Source: a virus. Taken from it: 64,000 nucleotides of DNA. The DNA is taken from positions 1-64,000 of the IMG/VR virus record IMGVR_UViG_3300030085_003750; one strand, written 5' to 3'. The notes under the pieces were generated by a model, which made no database searches, had not been told where the DNA came from, and saw only the letters and a list, made by a program, of their open reading frames with translations. Both the position numbers and the translations under genes were made by a program. This document shows, piece by piece, positions 57,945-64,000 of the stretch (the first letter of the stretch is position 1; each line of letters starts with the position of its first letter).

Positions 57945-58370
57945 ATGAAACTACTAAACATTTTTATAAGTTTATGCTTGACTTTCCTGCCCAGTTATGC
58001 TATAAGTCAAGAATTAAAGATAACAGGCATCAATAAGGGGCAGAAAGCACCCTTCACGGGCATTTTGCTAACCCAAGGTGCGCTTTCCAAGATTGAAGCA
58101 GACTTGCGCTTAGAAGTCGAATTATGCGCCAATAAATGCAAGTTAGAAAAAGGAGAATTAGAACTTCTATTTCAAAAAGATATTAAGATACTCAATGCTG
58201 AGATTAGTGGACTAAAACAATTTGTTGAGGTTAAGAATAGGCGAATCGCTAAACTTGAAGAAGTGGTAGAAGAACACAACAATTCTTGGTTTACTCCCAT
58301 CGTTGCTATTGCTTCTTTCGCTCTCGGTGTTGCTACAACTATTGGAATAACTTATGCGGTGAACAAATGA
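57945..58370 (+). CDS. Exported coiled-coil protein with a C-terminal membrane anchor (possible spanin partner)
   Basis: N-terminal signal-like stretch; GQKAPFTGILL; coiled coil; C-terminal WFTPIVAIASFALGVATTIGITYAV. Confidence 0.45.
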   Translation: MKLLNIFISLCLTFLPSYAISQELKITGINKGQKAPFTGILLTQGALSKIEADLRLEVELCANKCKLEKGELELLFQKDIKILNAEISGLKQFVEVKNRRIAKLEEVVEEHNNSWFTPIVAIASFALGVATTIGITYAVNK

Positions 58371-58768
58371 CTGAAAAGAAAAACTGGGACTTAATTGCTC
58401 AAATTGAAAAACAAATAAAAGAAAAGTACGGTGAAGAGACAATCAAGTCTCCTGCTCAAGGTTGGACAGATGAACAAGAAGAAGAACATTTAGAAAAACT
58501 TCGTGCTGCTGCTTTAAAACAAAGACGAGCAGAAAGCAAGTTGGATAAAGTAGAAGTAGCAGAAGGTGTTTTTATCACTAAGAAACTACTTATGAAGGAG
58601 AGTAATAGGACTTGTCCCGTTTGTTCTGCTTATTCGTTCGACAAGCAGGATGACTTATATATGAATAAGTTCGAGTGCTGTTTCAAATGCTATATAGATT
58701 ATGTTGAGGGTCGTGAGGACAGATGGAAGTCTGGTTGGCGTCCAAACAAGGAGAACAAAGATGGCTGA
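58367..58768 (+). CDS. Zinc-finger hypothetical protein
   Basis: True start is probably ATG 58367 (ATGA overlap). CPVC...CCFKC; C-terminal GWRP. Confidence 0.65.
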   Translation: MTEKKNWDLIAQIEKQIKEKYGEETIKSPAQGWTDEQEEEHLEKLRAAALKQRRAESKLDKVEVAEGVFITKKLLMKESNRTCPVCSAYSFDKQDDLYMNKFECCFKCYIDYVEGREDRWKSGWRPNKENKDG

Positions 58769-59294
58769 TGTATTAGAAATCGTAAGAGGCATTTCGCAGG
58801 TTATGGCAAACGCCTATGACGGTGCCTTAGACGAAAACGGAGAACCACTCAAGATTGGTTTAAAGAGAGAAGAAGAGGTCGAAATTACTGATAAGCGAGT
58901 AATGGACGGATTCAAAGTTCAAATGTCAGGCGACAAACTCATGATTAAGTATCATGCGGAAGTCACAATGAAAGAGGCAAAAGATAAGGGATTCGAAACA
59001 GAGTTAGAGCAGATGATGTCCGACATTTCTTCATTCCTTAAAAAAGAGTATAAGAAGGTCACAGGTTCAGCGCTTACGCTTTCTTCCGATGCTGACGTAG
59101 ATGCTATCGTCCAGACTGTAGGCGGTCATCGTTGTTGGGTTCAGGCAGTTAAACCTTACAAGATTGGCGGTTTCGGTGAAGCAGTAGTCAGCACCAAACA
59201 ACCTTCCGAGGACAATGTTAACGACGCAATCAAGAAATGGTTGGAACTCGGCAGAAAAGGCAAAGCACCTAACGACAAAAGGAAGGACGGATAA
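58761..59294 (+). CDS. Hypothetical protein in the head/packaging block
   Basis: ATG 58761 follows AGGAG; 177 aa. Confidence 0.65.
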   Translation: MADVLEIVRGISQVMANAYDGALDENGEPLKIGLKREEEVEITDKRVMDGFKVQMSGDKLMIKYHAEVTMKEAKDKGFETELEQMMSDISSFLKKEYKKVTGSALTLSSDADVDAIVQTVGGHRCWVQAVKPYKIGGFGEAVVSTKQPSEDNVNDAIKKWLELGRKGKAPNDKRKDG

Positions 59295-59515
59295 TGAAGA
59301 TTTCAAAAGCAAGATTAAAAGAAATCATTCAAGAAGAAGTTCAACTCTATCGGAATGAAAATCGAGTTGAGTCCCTTCTGGAATACGCTGAAGTTAAAAT
59401 CGAAGATTTGATGAATGAACTTCACGACAGTGGTGTCCCTAACGAGGAACTTAAATCATTGTTGCTCAAAGTCGTCGAAAACATCGACGCAGGTTTCGTA
59501 GGCGAACCATCATAA
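59294..59515 (+). CDS. Small acidic protein with an MKISKARLKEIIQEE leader (possible head-internal protein)
   Basis: TAATG coupling; basic amphipathic leader ending in EE. Confidence 0.6.
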   Translation: MKISKARLKEIIQEEVQLYRNENRVESLLEYAEVKIEDLMNELHDSGVPNEELKSLLLKVVENIDAGFVGEPS

Positions 59516-59532
59516 AGAAAGCAGAGTCTTAG

Positions 59533-61110
59533 ATGACCTACCAACTCACCAAGAAAAAGATTTTATCAGAAATCGTCCAATGCGGCAAAGACCCAGTTTA
59601 TTTTCTAAATAACTATGCAAAGATTTCTCACCCAATGCACGGGTCTATTCCATTTAGGACTTACGACTTTCAGGACGACCTTTTAAGAGACTTTAACGAC
59701 CATCGCTTCAACATTATTCTAAAGGCACGTCAGTTAGGCATCTCAACTGTAACAGCAGGTTATGTTGTTTGGATGATGCTTTTTCACAAAGATAAAAATG
59801 TTCTTGTTATGGCAACCAAGTTCGGCACAGCGGCAAACTTGGTAAAGAAGGTAAAGAACATAATGAGGAATGTCCCAGACTGGATGCGAATCGCAAGCAT
59901 CTCTGTGGACAATAGAACTTCATTTGAGTTATCTAACGGTTCACAAATCAAAGCAACCTCTACTTCATCAGACGCTGGTCGTTCAGAAGCATTATCCCTT
60001 CTGGTTATTGACGAGGCAGCGCACGTTGAAGGTCTTGACGAGTTGTGGACTGGTCTTTATCCCACACTATCAACTGGTGGTCGTTGTATTGCTCTTTCGA
60101 CTCCAAACGGTGTCGGCAACTGGTTTCACCAAACCTATGTCGATGCAGACGAGGAAAATAATGACTTCAAACCAACATGTCTACCTTGGCAGGTACACCC
60201 AGATAGAGATGATGCTTGGTTCGACAAAGAGACAAGAAATATGTCTCGAAGACAAATTGCTCAGGAGTTGGAATGTAACTTTAACATGTCGGGTGAAACA
60301 GTTATTCATACCGAGGACATAGAGAAGATTTCCAAAACTATTTGTGACCCAAATCACAAAGCAGGATTTGACAGAAACTATTATATCTGGGAAGACTTCG
60401 ACCCAACACAATCTTACTTGCTTGTAGCAGACGTTGCCCGAGGAGACGGCAAGGACTTTTCAGCATTTCAAGTTATAAACGTAACACAAATGACCCAGGC
60501 AGCAGAATACCAAGGCAAGGTAGATTTGGACACTTATGCTATGTTCCTTGCGGATGCAGGAAAGACCTACGGTGGTTGCCTCCTCGTAGTGGAAAACAAT
60601 AACGTTGGTTATGCAGTTCTTACCAAATTGGAAGAAGCAGGATATCCAAATCTTTATTATTCAGTAAAATCAACACACGAGTATGTAGATTCGGCAGCAG
60701 CACGTTCGAATAGTAGGTCAGTACTTGGGTTCACTACTTCAATGAAGACAAGACCCTTGATTATTGCCAAGTTAGAGGAATTTATAAGAAATGACCTAAT
60801 TACTATCACGTCGAACCGATTGTTTAACGAATTGAAAACATTTGTCTGGAACAATGGTAAACCAGAGGCAATGCGAGGATATAACGACGACCTTGTAATG
60901 TCTATGGCGATTGCTTGTTGGGTAAGAGATACTGCTTTGGTTTCAAACCAGAGAGATGCGGAGTATAAGAAGGCACTGCTGAATGCGATGTCAACTTCTA
61001 AAACTCAACTTAACACAGCAGTACCAGGTATGGTAAACTATGGTAAACCAGACGGTGTTCGACAGATGAAAGAAATAATGACCAACTTCCCTGGTCTTTT
61101 TAAGGGGTAA
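59533..61110 (+). CDS. terL: Terminase large subunit (T4 gp17-like)
   Basis: YDFQ adenine-binding motif, KARQLGIST, GRS, LLVIDEAAH, STPNG, QELEC, ADVARG, VVENN, DDLVM. Confidence 0.95.
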   Translation: MTYQLTKKKILSEIVQCGKDPVYFLNNYAKISHPMHGSIPFRTYDFQDDLLRDFNDHRFNIILKARQLGISTVTAGYVVWMMLFHKDKNVLVMATKFGTAANLVKKVKNIMRNVPDWMRIASISVDNRTSFELSNGSQIKATSTSSDAGRSEALSLLVIDEAAHVEGLDELWTGLYPTLSTGGRCIALSTPNGVGNWFHQTYVDADEENNDFKPTCLPWQVHPDRDDAWFDKETRNMSRRQIAQELECNFNMSGETVIHTEDIEKISKTICDPNHKAGFDRNYYIWEDFDPTQSYLLVADVARGDGKDFSAFQVINVTQMTQAAEYQGKVDLDTYAMFLADAGKTYGGCLLVVENNNVGYAVLTKLEEAGYPNLYYSVKSTHEYVDSAAARSNSRSVLGFTTSMKTRPLIIAKLEEFIRNDLITITSNRLFNELKTFVWNNGKPEAMRGYNDDLVMSMAIACWVRDTALVSNQRDAEYKKALLNAMSTSKTQLNTAVPGMVNYGKPDGVRQMKEIMTNFPGLFKG

Positions 61111-61115
61111 AATAG

Positions 61116-63029
61116 ATGGCAGATAACCAAAACATAAAAAATGAAGAGTCAGTTCTCTTCAAAAGACTAACCAGACTTTTTTCTGGTCCTATCGTAAACA
61201 GAAGACAGCAAAATAGAAGAAAGTTCAAAAGACAAGCACTAGACAATTATGCGACTCGTTTCACTTCTGCTTCTGGAAAGCAGTTTCAAAAGAATCAATA
61301 TAATCCTTTTGAGCATATTCACAATGATGCCATGTCTAATCGCATCCGCAACGAGAGATATGTGGACTTTGACCAAATGGAGTTTGAACCTATTATTGCC
61401 TCTTCTCTCGATATCTATGCAGATGAGATGACATATCATAATGAACTTAACAAAATGCTTAGTATTGAATGCCCTAACCAGGAGATTAAATCAACACTTG
61501 ACGCACTTTATTATAATGTTTTAAATGTTGAGTTCAACCTTTACGGTTGGTGCCGTACTATGTGCAAGTATGGTGACTATTTTCTTTATGTTGATATTGA
61601 CGACAAGATTGGTGTAAAGTCTTTTATTCCACTTCCTCCTTCCGAGGTTGAAAGAATGGAGGGCGAAGACCCAACGAATCCGAACTACATTCAGTACCAG
61701 TGGAACTCTGCTGGACTTACATTTGAGAACTGGCAGGTTGCTCACTTCCGTATTCTTGGAAACGACAAGTACGCTCCTTATGGAACTTCTATATTGGAAC
61801 CTGCTCGACGTATCTGGCGACAACTTCACCTTATTGAAGACGCTATGATGTCCTATCGTATTACTCGCTCACCAGAACGAAGAGTATTTTATGTTGATGT
61901 AGGCAACATCGCTCCACAGGACGTTGAGCAATATATGCAAAAAGTTGTCACAACAATGAAAAAGAATCAGGTTGTTGATGCGAGCACTGGAAGAGTTGAC
62001 CTACGATACAACCCACTTTCTATTGACGAGGACTACTTTGTTCCTGTTCGAGGCGGCGAGAACACAAGAATTGAAACTTTGCCAGGTGGTTCTTACACTG
62101 GTGATATAGACGATGTAAAATATCTAAGAGATAAATTGTTTTCAGCACTCAAAGTTCCTCAGTCCTATCTTTCACGAGGCGATGGGGCAGATGAGGACAA
62201 AGCAACACTCGCACAAAAAGACATTCGTTTCGCAAGGACTATCCAGAGACTTCAAAGGTCTGTTGTAGCAGAGTTGGAGAAGGTTGGTATCATTCATCTT
62301 TACACTCTCGGATATAGAGGAGAAGACTTAACAAAGTTTAAACTTCGATTAAATAACCCTTCTCAGATTGCTTCTATGCAGGAATTAGAGCACCTTCGTG
62401 CAAAGTTTGAAATAGCAGACTCAGCAACTGAGGGATACTTTTCGAAGGCATGGATTTATAGAAACATCTTCCGTCTTACAGAGGAAGAGGTCATTAGAAT
62501 TGAAAGAGAAATGTTTCACGATTCTAAATTTACGGCAGCAATCGAGGCAGCAGGCGAGTTACCTGAACCAGGTGAAGGCGGCGGCGGTGGTGGTGATTTC
62601 GACGATGACCTTGGAGGAGGAGATGATTTGGGTGGCGACGACCTCGGCAGCGATGAAGGTGGGGATGAACCAGATTCAGCACTTCTTGCGGCACCAGGTA
62701 AGCGTGATGGTTATTTAACTCCAGGTGCAAAGGGTAAAGTGTATCACCCTGAAAAGGTGGACTCCCGACCACAAGGTGCAAAGAAGCGTTCTACGAAATC
62801 TAAATGGTCTGATGAGACTGCTTCATTTACTCCACGAAACACAATGCCTGGATTATCCGACTTGAAGACACTTTCTCGTGGCATTTACGAAGGTGATGAA
62901 ACTACTTACACAGACAAAGAAGAAAAATTGCTTCTTGAGGTGAACCAAGAGTTAACTGACTGGCAAGTCAAGGCACTTGTGAAGAACCTTGAAAAGAAGA
63001 ATAATAAGCAATTAAAGGAAAACAAGTAA
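61116..63029 (+). CDS. Portal protein (T4 gp20-like)
   Basis: IEDAMMSYRITRSPERRVFYVDVGN; EDYFVPVRGG...IETLPGG...DIDDVKY..KLFSALKVP; DIRFARTIQRLQ. Confidence 0.95.
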   Translation: MADNQNIKNEESVLFKRLTRLFSGPIVNRRQQNRRKFKRQALDNYATRFTSASGKQFQKNQYNPFEHIHNDAMSNRIRNERYVDFDQMEFEPIIASSLDIYADEMTYHNELNKMLSIECPNQEIKSTLDALYYNVLNVEFNLYGWCRTMCKYGDYFLYVDIDDKIGVKSFIPLPPSEVERMEGEDPTNPNYIQYQWNSAGLTFENWQVAHFRILGNDKYAPYGTSILEPARRIWRQLHLIEDAMMSYRITRSPERRVFYVDVGNIAPQDVEQYMQKVVTTMKKNQVVDASTGRVDLRYNPLSIDEDYFVPVRGGENTRIETLPGGSYTGDIDDVKYLRDKLFSALKVPQSYLSRGDGADEDKATLAQKDIRFARTIQRLQRSVVAELEKVGIIHLYTLGYRGEDLTKFKLRLNNPSQIASMQELEHLRAKFEIADSATEGYFSKAWIYRNIFRLTEEEVIRIEREMFHDSKFTAAIEAAGELPEPGEGGGGGGDFDDDLGGGDDLGGDDLGSDEGGDEPDSALLAAPGKRDGYLTPGAKGKVYHPEKVDSRPQGAKKRSTKSKWSDETASFTPRNTMPGLSDLKTLSRGIYEGDETTYTDKEEKLLLEVNQELTDWQVKALVKNLEKKNNKQLKENK

Positions 63030-63859
63030 TGAAGTTCAAGCACAATAAAAAAAGAAATACAGCGTTTCTTTTCGAGGCGCTAATCAAGGAAATGGCAAAG
63101 TCAGTCGTGAACAACGATGAAGAGCGACAAAGTAAAATTGCAAGAATTATTAAAAGACATTTTCAGAAAAGAGGTGTTCTTTATAAAGACTTGCAAACTT
63201 ACAAAACCATAATGAATCTCAGAGAAGCAGAAGAGACATTTGCAAAAAGAATTTTGTCTGAAGTTCGAAGAGACAGAGATAAGTTGAATACTCAAAGAAT
63301 ATTTTCAGAACAATCAAAGTTGATTAAAAAAATTAATGTTGAGTTGGGACAAGATGTTTATGCCAACTTTGTACCAAACTATAAGACGATGGCGACCATT
63401 GGACAGTTATTTTCAGACAGCACTGCGACTGAGGAAAAGATTATCCTTGAAGATAGAATCCTTGAAGAGGTGACAAAGGCAGAAACTAAAACTGAAAAAG
63501 AAATCATGGAGCATATTGACTCGATTGCCTATAAAACTTTTACGAATAAGTTCAACAAAACCTACGCTGGTAAACTACATGAAGAACAACAAAAAGTTGT
63601 ATCTCGATATATATTCTCTGTTTCTGACAATGGAACTTCTTTGAAGACGTATCTTAACGAAGAGATTGAGAGATTGAGGACAGAAGTCAGTCAGTCTTTA
63701 GAGTCGGAAGAAATTAAATCTGACGAATTAATGCTTGAGAAAGCAGGAAAGGTTCTTCAATTTTTAGATTCTCTGAAAGAAACTCCACTGGATGAAAGAA
63801 CGATTAAGAAAATTATGCAGGTTCAGGAACTCGTAAGAGAGGTGAACTCACATGAATGA
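63029..63859 (+). CDS. Helical hypothetical protein downstream of the portal (head assembly region)
   Basis: 276-aa ORF starting MKFKHNKKRNTAFLFEAL; TAATG coupling with the portal. Confidence 0.7.
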   Translation: MKFKHNKKRNTAFLFEALIKEMAKSVVNNDEERQSKIARIIKRHFQKRGVLYKDLQTYKTIMNLREAEETFAKRILSEVRRDRDKLNTQRIFSEQSKLIKKINVELGQDVYANFVPNYKTMATIGQLFSDSTATEEKIILEDRILEEVTKAETKTEKEIMEHIDSIAYKTFTNKFNKTYAGKLHEEQQKVVSRYIFSVSDNGTSLKTYLNEEIERLRTEVSQSLESEEIKSDELMLEKAGKVLQFLDSLKETPLDERTIKKIMQVQELVREVNSHE

Positions 63860-64000
63860 AGAAATTAAAGTACAAGTAGGAGAACCTGAAGACGACAAAA
63901 ATGTTGTATACAACCCAAAGATGAAGATGATACTTCGTAAGACGTTGGGTGGGGATTATGCGATTTACGACCACTACGATATGGATATTGTTATTCAACC
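63852..64000 (+). CDS. Partial hypothetical protein (3'-truncated; absent from the ORF track)
   Basis: GAGGTG RBS, then ATG 63852: MNEEIKVQVGEPEDDKNVVYNPKMKMILRKTLGGDYAIYDHYDMDIVIQ..., open to the window end. Confidence 0.6.
   Translation, partial: MNEEIKVQVGEPEDDKNVVYNPKMKMILRKTLGGDYAIYDHYDMDIVIQ

Noticed and set aside
59719-59748. Terminase Walker A lacks the GKT lysine (KARQLGIST); possible inactive enzyme
   Set aside because: Deviant Walker A motifs with an upstream Lys are established in phage large terminases, and all other motifs are intact.
62575-62665. GGC/GAT-rich low-complexity tract (also the GGC run at 18242-18256)
   Set aside because: Encodes Gly/Asp-rich protein linkers in the portal tail and gp5-like gene; not a CRISPR or DNA-level repeat element.
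1-64000. tRNA/rRNA genes, CRISPR arrays, integrase/transposase, inteins, alternative genetic code
   Set aside because: None recognised. Intergenic gaps are short (longest about 170 bp), conserved enzymes are of normal length, and genes end in TAA, TAG and TGA with full coding density under the standard code.

Overview
This 64 kb window is part of a large, AT-rich, densely coding dsDNA bacteriophage genome, a T4-superfamily-like or jumbo-type myovirus. All convincing genes but one are on the + strand. From left to right: (1) the end of a large virion-type gene; (2) a putative late operon of acidic proteins that may be packaged in the head, including a 983-aa four-domain 'polyvalent' protein (ligase-type nucleotidyltransferase + HxGH nucleotidyltransferase + ParB-like + BECR/DUF4258-like RNase); (3) accessory genes (Fis-like HTH, DUF2827-like protein, HNH nuclease, lipoprotein trypsin-like protease, PIN-PhoH, HExxH protein, Cas4-like nuclease, two GT4 glycosyltransferases, FmdB zinc ribbon); (4) a gp55-like late sigma factor; (5) a ~35 kb contractile-tail baseplate block (gp5-like amidase and spike, gp25, gp6, a 4362-aa LamG/Reelin-like protein, two paralog pairs resembling split tail-collar domains); (6) RuvC, primase and a fused SbcD-SbcC; (7) a holin/spanin-like cassette; (8) terminase large subunit and T4 gp20-like portal. 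Two promoter classes are visible: sigma70-like sites, and a recurrent CTA(T/A/C)TTA motif that probably serves the phage sigma factor. GATC, AGCT, GGCC, CCGG and CGCG appear to be strongly avoided. I saw no tRNA, rRNA, CRISPR array, integrase or transposase. All family assignments come from motifs recognised by eye; no database search was run.
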